Positions 10,456 to 18,043 of a DNA stretch of 64,000 nucleotides are shown here, piece by piece; the first letter of the stretch is position 1; each line of letters starts with the position of its first letter. Origin of the DNA: Bacilli bacterium. GTDB lineage: Bacteria; Bacillota_I; Bacilli_A; RFN20; CAG-826. A program made the position numbers and the translations under genes. The notes beneath the pieces were generated by a model. It was not told the origin of the DNA, made no database searches, and saw only the letters and a list, made by a program, of their open reading frames with translations. The DNA lies in the NCBI GenBank assembly GCA_045628045.1, contig JAZQOV010000011.1:4912-68911 (forward strand). The letters are read 5' to 3'.

Positions 10456-11802
10456 ATGAAATTTGATCATGTTACTGGAAAGTGCGTTGATCTTTCCTTT
10501 GAAGGGAAAGGCGTTGTAAAGCTTTCGTATGGAACAGTTTTTGTTGATGGCTTATTCCCTGGTGAAGAAGCTGAAATAGAAATTGAATATAAACGTGCTG
10601 GTAATTATTTTGGAAAAGTTTATAGATTAATCACAAAATCTCCAGATAGAATTCAACCAAAATGTGGTGTTTGTACTGCGTGTGGTGGATGTCAACTTCA
10701 ACAACTTTCTTACAATGCTCAACTTGCTTATAAAACTAAAAAAGTAGCAGATGCTTTTAGACGTAATAAAATAGAAAATATTGAGGTTTTTCCGTGTATT
10801 TCAATGGAAAATCCCTATGAATATCGTAATAAAATACAAGTTCCAATTGGTAGAGATCCTCATGGCCATATCGTCTCCGGATTTTATAGAAGTGGCACTC
10901 ACAAAATCATTCCGGTGGACAAATGTTGGATCGAATCAAAGGAAGCACCAAAGATAATTTCTGAAATCAAGAACTTGATGAAGGAATTTCATTATGCTCC
11001 ATATGATGAAGACACAAGAACAGGTCTTATTCGACATGTCTTAATTAGAACTTCACTTCACTATAAAGAAATCATGGTTACTCTTGTTACTAATAAAGAT
11101 GAATTCAAAGGAAAGAATAATTTCGTTAAAGCTTTAGTGAAACGTTGTCCTCAAATTACAAGCATTGTTCAAAACATTAATACGAGAGACACAAATGTAA
11201 TTCTTGGAGAAAAAGAAAGAGTCCTTTTTGGCCCTTCTGTAATTAAGGATTCAATACTTGGCGTTGACTTCTTAATTTCATCAAAATCATTCTTCCAAGT
11301 AAACCCTGTTCAAGTTGAAAATCTATACAAATTCGCCATTAATTTCGCAAATTTAAGCAAAGAAGAGAACATTTTTGATGCTTATTGTGGAATTGGAACA
11401 ATCTCGTTATGCGCATCAAAATATGTTAATAAAGTTGTTGGCGCAGAGATAGTTAAAGAAGCAATTATTGACGCTAAAAAGAACGCTAAATTAAATAATA
11501 TTAATAATGCAACTTTTGTATGCGGAGACGCTGGTGAAGTTTTAGAAACTTTAATTAATAATGGAGAAAAATTCTCGACAGTTTTTGTGGACCCTCCTCG
11601 TAAAGGATTAGATGAAAAATTTATTAAGCATCTTCTTGAGCTTGCTCCATCGAAAATCATTTATGTTTCATGTGATCCGGAAACTTTAGCAAGAGATGTA
11701 AAAATCCTTGCTGAAAAATACGAGATACAACAAGTTCAACCTGTCGACATGTTTCCGATGACATTCCACGTTGAGACTGTTGTTTGTTTATGTCTAAAAT
11801 AA
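10456..11802 (+). CDS. rlmD: 23S rRNA (uracil-C5)-methyltransferase, RumA/RlmD family
   Basis: TRAM-like N-terminus. Fe-S cysteine cluster CGVCTACGGCQLQ. SAM-binding DAYCGIGTISL, VFVDPPRKG, YVSCDPETLARD. Confidence 0.9.
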   Translation: MKFDHVTGKCVDLSFEGKGVVKLSYGTVFVDGLFPGEEAEIEIEYKRAGNYFGKVYRLITKSPDRIQPKCGVCTACGGCQLQQLSYNAQLAYKTKKVADAFRRNKIENIEVFPCISMENPYEYRNKIQVPIGRDPHGHIVSGFYRSGTHKIIPVDKCWIESKEAPKIISEIKNLMKEFHYAPYDEDTRTGLIRHVLIRTSLHYKEIMVTLVTNKDEFKGKNNFVKALVKRCPQITSIVQNINTRDTNVILGEKERVLFGPSVIKDSILGVDFLISSKSFFQVNPVQVENLYKFAINFANLSKEENIFDAYCGIGTISLCASKYVNKVVGAEIVKEAIIDAKKNAKLNNINNATFVCGDAGEVLETLINNGEKFSTVFVDPPRKGLDEKFIKHLLELAPSKIIYVSCDPETLARDVKILAEKYEIQQVQPVDMFPMTFHVETVVCLCLK

Positions 11803-11826
11803 CGATGCATTCTCGATGTGTTTTTC

Positions 11827-12711
11827 TTAATTTAATATTGATATATATTTATTCAATCTTTCCAATAAATATTTAGATATAAGTTTTTTCATTGGCTCAA
11901 GATTGTGCTTTAAATGAAATGCATCAAAAGCATCATAATAAGCACGTCTGTCGCTATATTTAATATCAATAGGTGGGAATCCTTGTTTCATTAATTCTAG
12001 ATTTAATAAGAGCCTTCCAGTTCTTCCGTTTCCATCAATAAAAGGGTGAATTGCTTCAAATTCAATATGGAATCTTGCTAATTTTGTAACAATATCTTCA
12101 TTAGATGTATTGTAGTTACAAATTAATTCATTCATTTTTGGTTCAATAGCATACGGTTGAACAGGTGTATGCTTTGAGCCCATTATTCTGACAGGGACCC
12201 TTCTGTAAACCCCTTTGTCTTGAGGTTGATCAGATAAAACCAAGGCATGTATTTGTTTAATTATACTTTCACCAATTTCAGTGTTTTCTTTCACTAAGTC
12301 GCATATAAAATCAAACGCTTCTTTGTGGCCAACAACTTCGAGATGATCTTTTAATGGTTTTTTGTCAATGGTAAGACCTCTTAGAACCATATCCGTTTCT
12401 CTTAGTGTTAATGTATTACCTTCGATGGCGTTGCTGTTATATGTGAACTCTACAACGAATTCCTCATTTAATCTTTTAATTTCGCCAGGCGTTAATGGCC
12501 TTTTAGAATCTAATATATTTTTAAGTTCTAAAATTTTGGATAAATAGTTTTCGTTGTTTTTGATTCTGCCATCAATTGGTTTTACGGCATCATCTGGTAT
12601 AAACCACGTTTTTCCATACAATTCTGCTCCATCAATTTTGCCTTCTGCACAAAGAATGCGAATCCTTCTGTCAGATATATTCCATTTTAGACTAGCTTCT
12701 TTAGTATTCAT
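11827..12711 (-). CDS. Fic family protein (class II, N-terminal HTH)
   Basis: Fic motif HPFIDGNGRTGR. Inhibitory helix motif SNAIEG ([S/T]xxxE[G/N]). N-terminal excisionase/MerR-like HTH (KEASLKWNISDRRIRILCAEGKI). Confidence 0.9.
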   Translation of the reverse strand: MNTKEASLKWNISDRRIRILCAEGKIDGAELYGKTWFIPDDAVKPIDGRIKNNENYLSKILELKNILDSKRPLTPGEIKRLNEEFVVEFTYNSNAIEGNTLTLRETDMVLRGLTIDKKPLKDHLEVVGHKEAFDFICDLVKENTEIGESIIKQIHALVLSDQPQDKGVYRRVPVRIMGSKHTPVQPYAIEPKMNELICNYNTSNEDIVTKLARFHIEFEAIHPFIDGNGRTGRLLLNLELMKQGFPPIDIKYSDRRAYYDAFDAFHLKHNLEPMKKLISKYLLERLNKYISILN

Positions 12712-12730
12712 TATCGATTGCCTCCGACTT

Positions 12731-12789
12731 TATCGGAATAATAATAACACATATCGGAATAATAATAAAGCAATATCGGAATAATATTA
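12731..12789 (-). promoter_or_regulatory. three phased direct repeats TATCGGAATAATAATAA in the fic 5' region
   Basis: Copies start at 12731, 12752 and 12774 (third ends ..ATATTA), spaced 21-22 bp. They lie between a candidate TATAAT on the minus strand (about 12811-12816) and the fic start. Confidence 0.5.
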
Positions 12790-12981
12790 AAAATGTGTTT
12801 TTGTTTCACGATTATAACGATTTGGGATACGTACCTAATTTGTTACACCAAAAGTGTAACCGCGTGTATCGGTGACTAGTAGTAACACGTGATTACAAGT
12901 GACATGTTTGTTAACATCGAGGTAGGGTTGCAAAAATGTATGTAACACGGTAATAAAATGGTAATGGTTTTCCTATTGTTT

Positions 12982-13008
12982 TTGACAAAAATTTAGTTTC
13001 AGTATAAT
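12982..13008 (+). promoter_or_regulatory. candidate sigma-A promoter of the LRR surface-protein gene
   Basis: TTGACA (12982-12987) and TATAAT (13003-13008). The spacer is only 15 nt, so confidence is moderate. Confidence 0.4.
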
Positions 13009-13167
13009 ACAGTTATATGACAGCCACGTATAGGCAAAACACTAATCATACGTCTTGTTACGGTACATGTGGAGACTGTCGTTTCGTTAATTTTTAAGCA
13101 AAAATAGCAAATTGTTGTTGCTCCCTGCAATTTGACTTTTATATATTGTTTCTTTACAATTCATATT

Positions 13168-15582
13168 ATGAATTACTTTAAAAACATCAGTAAAAACACA
13201 AAAATATTGGCGATTTTGCCGTCATTTTTCTTAACTCTAGTTTCGTTTGTCTCGATAGGACACGACAAAATATCTGAAGTAAAAGCAGAAGAAAATAAGA
13301 TTTTTATAGCAATTGATAGCACAGAAGGAATTGGCTACATTTCGTCTGTCGATAATGATTTAATTCGTGGGACAAATTATTTTTGCGAAGTTGATCCAAC
13401 TTTAACTCGTTCAGCGACAATCTTTTTACAAGATAAATACCAAGGATCCCAAGATTACTTAGGAGACATAAAAAAAGTCGTAATTTTAGATAATGTCGAG
13501 CTTAATAACTGTTCCTTCCTCTTTGGAAATCTCGAAAATCTAGAAACTATTGAGAATTTAGGAAACATTAGTGTTCCAGTATGTTCATCTTTCGAATATA
13601 TGTTCAGTGGTTCTCCAAAATTAAGAGAAGTGGATTTTACAGGTTTTGATGTTTCTAATTGCAGTAGTTTTAAAAACATGTTTTATGACTGTGCACTTGA
13701 AACAATAGATTTATCTGATTTTGACACTTCAAGTTGTGGTGATTTCCACTATATGTTCGATTCATGTCGCAATTTAACATCCTTAGATTTATCTTCTTTT
13801 GATACAAGAAATGCTTCGTCAATGGTAGGCATGTTTTCTGGATGCTCTTCATTAGAATATCTCGATATTTCAAGTTTTGATTTATCAAATAGCCCACGCA
13901 CTGATGAATTTTTATTTGGCACAAAACCAAAAGTTATTGTTGCGCCTAAGTGTGTTCCGGAGCACGCAGTTGATAATATTGTTAAATTTGATCTTCCTCA
14001 AGAAACAGAAGAAAAACCTTACTATTATGATTATGACCTCAACACTTATGAGGAAATGGCTGAATCCAATAAATCTATAACTTATTATCACCACTCATTA
14101 ATACGTACGCTTGAATCTGCGTCGTTTACTTGTTCAAATTCTTTTAAAGAATACGAAGATTTAGATAATTTAGATATTGATGAATTAATTTCGCATTGGG
14201 ACTTCCTTTACGATACGCTTTTTGGATTTCTTCCAAAGAAAGACAATGAACCAATTTACACAATTTTAGAAAAATGCAAGGCTGACACCATCAACGTTGA
14301 AGTAGGAAAATGGCTCACTATTTATGACAAGGTTTATCCACACTATTGCCATGCTTTACAAGAATGTGGTGGAGACTTTTTGAATAGATGTCCAGACGCA
14401 TTAGATCCTGATGGTCTTGTTCATATTGGAGTAAATACAGATGAAAATATTGGTTATCTTTCTTCTTTTGATACCTACGAAATCTTAAAATCTGATTTGC
14501 GAACAAAAGTCGATTTATCCGTGAAAACCATAGGAAATTCAGTATTTTCTCTCTTAGATTCGAATGGATATGAAGATATTACTAAAGTCGTAATTCAAGA
14601 TGAAATTAGTCTTTCGGATTGCTCAAATTTCTTTAAAGGTTTGACCAATCTTGTTTTAATTGATGGAATGAAAAAAGTAAATACTGAGCTCAACACAAAA
14701 TGTATTTCAATGTTTGAGGATTGTTCTAAATTAGAATCTGTTGACTTATCTGCATTTAACACAGAGAAGGTTATTGTTACAGATTGCATGTTTAAAGGAT
14801 GCGTATCGTTAGGAGAAATTACTGGACTTTCTTTCACCTCAAAAACATTAGTTTCTATGTCAGAGATGTTCTCAGGATGCCAAGCCTTAGTATTACTTGA
14901 TTTATCTAGTTATGATTTAACTAACGTAGAAAACACCTTTAATTGTATTTATAATACAACTCCTAATTATATTAAGACTCCAAAAGCGATGCCTACTAAA
15001 GCAAATTGCGATATAGATTTGTATTTCCCTATGGGCATTATAAATTTTGGTTACTACGATTTGTCTTTTGCTACATACACCAAATTACCAAGTATCAATA
15101 GTTCCATTACATTAATTAGTGAAATCGGCAAATATGTCTTAGAAGATTTCTGTGATGATTTTGGTAAAGACACCGCGTATTATTGCGATGCAAACGGAAA
15201 TACAGCAGAAGCAAAATTAATTAGTCTTTGGGAAGGGCAATCTAAGGAATTCAATAAGCACTTTAAAGGTACTCAACACGAATGTTTATTAGAATTCTTT
15301 GGGAAAGATAATTCTTCATGTACTAACACTTCATTGAAGAATTTCTCGGCAAAATATGACTATATTTACGGAAAATACCAATCATTTTTAGATGAACATG
15401 GTGGAGATTTCGCTAATAGATCAAAGCTTATTTCATTCCCAAATAGTTCAGCATTTATTCGTTTCAATCACACTACAAATGAGTCATCTGTTTTAATAAT
15501 TTGTATTATTTCTATTGCTAGCGTTTCAACATTAATTTGTTTAGTGTTTACAAAAAAGCGTATTTCTGCTAAAAGGAAATAA
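13168..15582 (+). CDS. BspA/DUF285-type leucine-rich-repeat surface protein, internally duplicated, C-terminal TM anchor
   Basis: ATG at 13168 gives a signal/anchor peptide; the track start at 13132 is TTG. Repeats of the form C..L..LDLSSFDTS...M..MF.GC. The two halves (about aa 40-420 and 420-800) share the same architecture. Hydrophobic C-terminus followed by KKRISAKRK. Confidence 0.8.
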   Translation: MNYFKNISKNTKILAILPSFFLTLVSFVSIGHDKISEVKAEENKIFIAIDSTEGIGYISSVDNDLIRGTNYFCEVDPTLTRSATIFLQDKYQGSQDYLGDIKKVVILDNVELNNCSFLFGNLENLETIENLGNISVPVCSSFEYMFSGSPKLREVDFTGFDVSNCSSFKNMFYDCALETIDLSDFDTSSCGDFHYMFDSCRNLTSLDLSSFDTRNASSMVGMFSGCSSLEYLDISSFDLSNSPRTDEFLFGTKPKVIVAPKCVPEHAVDNIVKFDLPQETEEKPYYYDYDLNTYEEMAESNKSITYYHHSLIRTLESASFTCSNSFKEYEDLDNLDIDELISHWDFLYDTLFGFLPKKDNEPIYTILEKCKADTINVEVGKWLTIYDKVYPHYCHALQECGGDFLNRCPDALDPDGLVHIGVNTDENIGYLSSFDTYEILKSDLRTKVDLSVKTIGNSVFSLLDSNGYEDITKVVIQDEISLSDCSNFFKGLTNLVLIDGMKKVNTELNTKCISMFEDCSKLESVDLSAFNTEKVIVTDCMFKGCVSLGEITGLSFTSKTLVSMSEMFSGCQALVLLDLSSYDLTNVENTFNCIYNTTPNYIKTPKAMPTKANCDIDLYFPMGIINFGYYDLSFATYTKLPSINSSITLISEIGKYVLEDFCDDFGKDTAYYCDANGNTAEAKLISLWEGQSKEFNKHFKGTQHECLLEFFGKDNSSCTNTSLKNFSAKYDYIYGKYQSFLDEHGGDFANRSKLISFPNSSAFIRFNHTTNESSVLIICIISIASVSTLICLVFTKKRISAKRK

Positions 15583-15607
15583 TTAAGTAATATAGGAGGA
15601 ATAAATA

Positions 15608-16525
15608 ATGAAAAATAACTTTAATAAGGCAGCGTTGTTATTACCAATTATTTTAACTTCGTGTTCTTTAGCGACTTCCGGAGAAAAAGCAAAAAATTTT
15701 TACGACAAAATTTGTGATGAGATAATAGAATTTGGAAACCCTAGAGATGATGATTTTGCTATTTCTTTCAAAGGTCGTTACAAAATTGGTGATGTCGAGA
15801 TTAGAAATATTGACGGCTTTTTCGATGGTAGATTTATAAATATTATTGGTGATTATTATAACGAAAGACTGACCGCAAAATATTATACATTTGATGAACT
15901 AGGCGAAAACGGATTGCCTTATCCATATACTTACTCATCTTTGTTAAATTCAGAAAATGAAACAGTTCTTGTTAGTAGAAGAAAACCATTTGATGGAATA
16001 CAAAATTATTGTGTTTTCCCGGACAAAATTGATGAATATAACGAAATTTACAATAATATTTTTAGAGTTTCGATATGTATAATGGAGTATGGATTATTTG
16101 CTTCTGATCGTTATAGTGAAGAATCGCTCAAACAAGTTTTCTTGTTAGCTGATGAAGAAAGAATTGAATTTGATTTATCAGATCGCGTTAAGTATAGTTA
16201 TGAAAAGAATGAAAATCTTGTTTTTACGATTTCTAGCGATTTAGATTCAATTGGGCCTTTTACTATTCTTTCTCCGGATCAATCAGTCAGATTTGCATAT
16301 TGGAATAAAATGGCAAACGGACCGACAGGAAATTATTGGAAGAAAATCACGGTAGATAAGAAAACATATCAAGTTAAGAAAGTTGAAGTTTCATATAAAG
16401 GAATTGATACAAGATTATTACCAGGCGCGTCGACAGACTTTTATTTTGAATTTGAGCCTCGTGAGCAAAGCACTTCATCTTATAAAGATCAATTTAAGAT
16501 AAGTTGCGATTCATATTTTGATTAA
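15608..16525 (+). CDS. lipoprotein, function unknown
   Basis: GGAGG RBS. Signal peptide with lipobox ILTSC. Confidence 0.7.
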   Translation: MKNNFNKAALLLPIILTSCSLATSGEKAKNFYDKICDEIIEFGNPRDDDFAISFKGRYKIGDVEIRNIDGFFDGRFINIIGDYYNERLTAKYYTFDELGENGLPYPYTYSSLLNSENETVLVSRRKPFDGIQNYCVFPDKIDEYNEIYNNIFRVSICIMEYGLFASDRYSEESLKQVFLLADEERIEFDLSDRVKYSYEKNENLVFTISSDLDSIGPFTILSPDQSVRFAYWNKMANGPTGNYWKKITVDKKTYQVKKVEVSYKGIDTRLLPGASTDFYFEFEPREQSTSSYKDQFKISCDSYFD

Positions 16526-16531
16526 GATAAA

Positions 16532-16560
16532 GCATCCTTAAAAGGATGCATTTTCTTTTT
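16532..16560 (+). terminator. intrinsic terminator
   Basis: GCATCC-ttaaaa-GGATGC followed by ATTTTCTTTTT. Confidence 0.7.
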
Positions 16561-16587
16561 AAAAATGGATTTTTAGAAAATAATTAA

Positions 16588-16617
16588 TTGAATCTTTGCA
16601 TCAAAATTAGTTATAAT
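16588..16617 (+). promoter_or_regulatory. promoter cassette P, copy 1
   Basis: TTGAAT-N18-TATAAT. Near-identical cassettes at 16857-16886 and 17439-17468. Confidence 0.6.
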
Positions 16618-16623
16618 ATTTTT

Positions 16624-16698
16624 ACCACAATACACCTTATGGTGTGATTAGTGATTAAGATCGGTGTTTCGACCGCTTAGTGCGGTGCCGGTCTTTTT
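16624..16698 (+). ncRNA. candidate sRNA 'RNA-A', copy 1 (orphan)
   Basis: Begins about 7 nt after the TATAAT. 5' hairpin CACAATACACC/GGTGTGATTAGTG. GC-rich nested hairpin GATCGG..ACCGC-ttagt-GCGGT..CCGGTC followed by T5. No plausible ORF. Confidence 0.5.
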
Positions 16699-16759
16699 CT
16701 TTCCGGATAAAGTTTATATATTGTATTTTACATAATATTATTCTTTGTTATAATAATGA

Positions 16760-16828
16760 TGCGGTTGCGATAAAAGGCTTATGCCTCGCAGTGCAATTAG
16801 GGCACCTTAATGGCAGCCTTTTTCTTTT
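16760..16828 (+). ncRNA. candidate sRNA 'RNA-B'
   Basis: Own promoter TTTACA (16727-16732), N16, TGtTATAAT (16746-16754). GC-rich alternative helices (TGCGA/TCGCA, GTGC/GCAC, AAAAGGCT../..AGCCTTTT). T-runs on both sides, so it may act as a bidirectional terminator. Confidence 0.35.
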
Positions 16829-16856
16829 TAAAAATAATATTTTAGAAAATAATGAA

Positions 16857-16886
16857 TTGAATTTTTACATCAAAATTAGTTATAAT
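16857..16886 (+). promoter_or_regulatory. promoter cassette P, copy 2
   Basis: TTGAAT-N18-TATAAT, near-identical to copy 1. Confidence 0.6.
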
Positions 16887-16892
16887 ATTTTT

Positions 16893-16968
16893 ACCACAAT
16901 ACACCTTATGGTGTGATTAGTGATAAAGATCGGTGTTTCGACCGCTTAGCGCGGTGCCGGTCTTTTTT
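16893..16968 (+). ncRNA. candidate sRNA 'RNA-A', copy 2, antisense to the 3' end of the minus-strand ORF 16917-17312
   Basis: Same hairpins as copy 1, with differences confined to the linker, loop and T-run. Overlaps the stop codon and last ~17 codons of the convergent gene. Confidence 0.5.
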
Positions 16969-17312
16969 CTTTCTAGATAAAGTTCATATATTGTATCTGA
17001 CTTAAGAACATCCTTTTTGGACAACCCCCTTTTTATGTACTTCTCGCTATAGGTTTTCGCAGGGTAACTCCTAATTCTTTGTATAAAATAACTCTGCAAC
17101 GAATTATTTACTTTAAATGGTTTACATAACTTCGTATTTGCCTTGCCTTCCGAATAAGGCTTTGAAGTCAAAAAAACACTTGATAAGATTAGCCCATCTT
17201 TTGTAGCTATAATTGCTTTAATGTGGCCATAATGTCCATGTTTATAATTATAACGAATTTGCCCAATTCTATAATTTCTTCCGATATTGATTTTAATAAT
17301 TTGTTTGCACAT
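16917..17312 (-). CDS. PemK/MazF-like (SH3-fold) putative toxin, no adjacent protein antitoxin
   Basis: AAGGAG RBS. Pattern match by eye to the MazF/Kid layout: IGQIRYNY.., HIKAIIATKDGLILSSVFLTSKP (..TS motif), SYFIQRIRSYPAKTY...GLSKKDV. Weak, unverified similarity. Confidence 0.4.
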   Translation of the reverse strand: MCKQIIKINIGRNYRIGQIRYNYKHGHYGHIKAIIATKDGLILSSVFLTSKPYSEGKANTKLCKPFKVNNSLQSYFIQRIRSYPAKTYSEKYIKRGLSKKDVLKSDTIYELYLERKKTGTALSGRNTDLYH

Positions 17313-17327
17313 GTTGTTGTCTCCTTG

Positions 17328-17419
17328 GGCTCAAGAATATTTTACCATCTCTAAAGCAAGCCGATTCCCGTTTTTCATAACATTTTAAAGAACATAGTTC
17401 TTTCTTTTTAAAATTCAAC
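17328..17419. repeat. ~91-bp upstream-region repeat, copy X (second copy at 51903-51993)
   Basis: Homologous by eye to 51903-51993. Contains the palindrome AAAGAAC-N3-GTTCTTT (17387-17403), a conserved CCCGTTTTTCATAAC block and a minus-strand TGnTAAAAT extended -10. Confidence 0.7.
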
Positions 17420-17438
17420 ATTTTTAGAAAACAATGAA

Positions 17439-17468
17439 TTGAATTTTTTCATCAAAATTAGTTATAAT
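17439..17468 (+). promoter_or_regulatory. promoter cassette P, copy 3 (drives the SAM riboswitch)
   Basis: TTGAAT (17439-17444), N18, TATAAT (17463-17468). Flanks are homologous to copies 1 and 2 up to ..TATAATATTTTTACCA. Confidence 0.6.
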
Positions 17469-17474
17469 ATTTTT

Positions 17475-17600
17475 ACCATAAAGAGTACGGCGAGGGACAA
17501 GCCCTATGACCCGTCAGCAACCTGCGTATAGCAAGGTGCTAAAGCTTGACTGATGGTTGTTTTTATTTTATAAGCCGTCAGTATCGATGGCTTTTAATTT
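17475..17600 (+). promoter_or_regulatory. SAM-I (S-box) riboswitch with terminator/antiterminator expression platform
   Basis: S-box core strings in order: ACCAT-AAAGAG..GAGGGAC..AGCCCTATGA..CCGTCAGCAACC..AAGGTGCTAAA..ATGGT. Terminator AAGCCGTC-agtatc-GATGGCTT followed by TTTAATTT (17572-17600). ACTGATGG (17549-17556) can instead pair with CCGTCAGT (17575-17582) as an antiterminator. Confidence 0.8.
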
Positions 17601-17625
17601 CTTTGTGGTAGATAAGGAGGCTTAT

Positions 17626-17880
17626 ATGCCACAGAAAACATTACAAAACGATCTTTACGTAGTCGTTATCTCTTCTAAAGAAGAAAGAGATGAACTTAAA
17701 GCATTATGCGTAAAACATAACATTCCTCTTCTTTATCCAGAGTTATTTAAGGAAGAGGAGATTCATCACTTATGGGGAATCTCTAAAAACGGTGTTGCTT
17801 TAGTGGGCACAATGATTGCAAGACATACACCTAAAGAGAATATATTTCATTCTGTTAAAGAACTGGAATGTATTCTCTAA
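17626..17880 (+). CDS. 84-aa protein of unknown function under SAM-riboswitch control
   Basis: ATG at 17626 preceded by AAGGAGG. The track start at 17557 lies inside the riboswitch terminator. No recognisable motif. Confidence 0.6.
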   Translation: MPQKTLQNDLYVVVISSKEERDELKALCVKHNIPLLYPELFKEEEIHHLWGISKNGVALVGTMIARHTPKENIFHSVKELECIL

Positions 17881-18043
17881 TATCTTTTCTTGATAGAGAA
17901 GCGTAAGCAAGTTCTCGTATAACAAGAAAAGTGCGCTAAATTTCAATCCTTAAATGTCTATTAAATTAGCATCACGGTTAACACTTGCTCGTATTTACTA
18001 GGGGAAGCGGTAGTTATCTTTTCTTAAATTGCGCTATTTCCTG

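Noticed and set aside
16680-16916. 78-aa plus-strand ORF from the track (GTG start).
   Set aside because: It spans a terminator, a promoter, RNA-B and a second promoter cassette. It has no RBS and an implausible composition. The region is better explained by small transcription units.
17387-17403. LexA/DinR (Cheo box) SOS operator at the GAAC..GTTC palindromes (also at 51962-51978).
   Set aside because: The Cheo box is GAAC-N4-GTTC. Both copies here have N3 spacing, so it is not a canonical SOS box. It is kept only as a generic palindrome.
16553-17480. CRISPR array or other spacer-repeat array at the 16.5-17.5 kb and 57.8-58.1 kb repeats.
   Set aside because: There are only 2-3 copies, and the units (~175 bp and ~70 bp) contain promoters and terminators. 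The spacing is irregular, and no cas genes are in the window.
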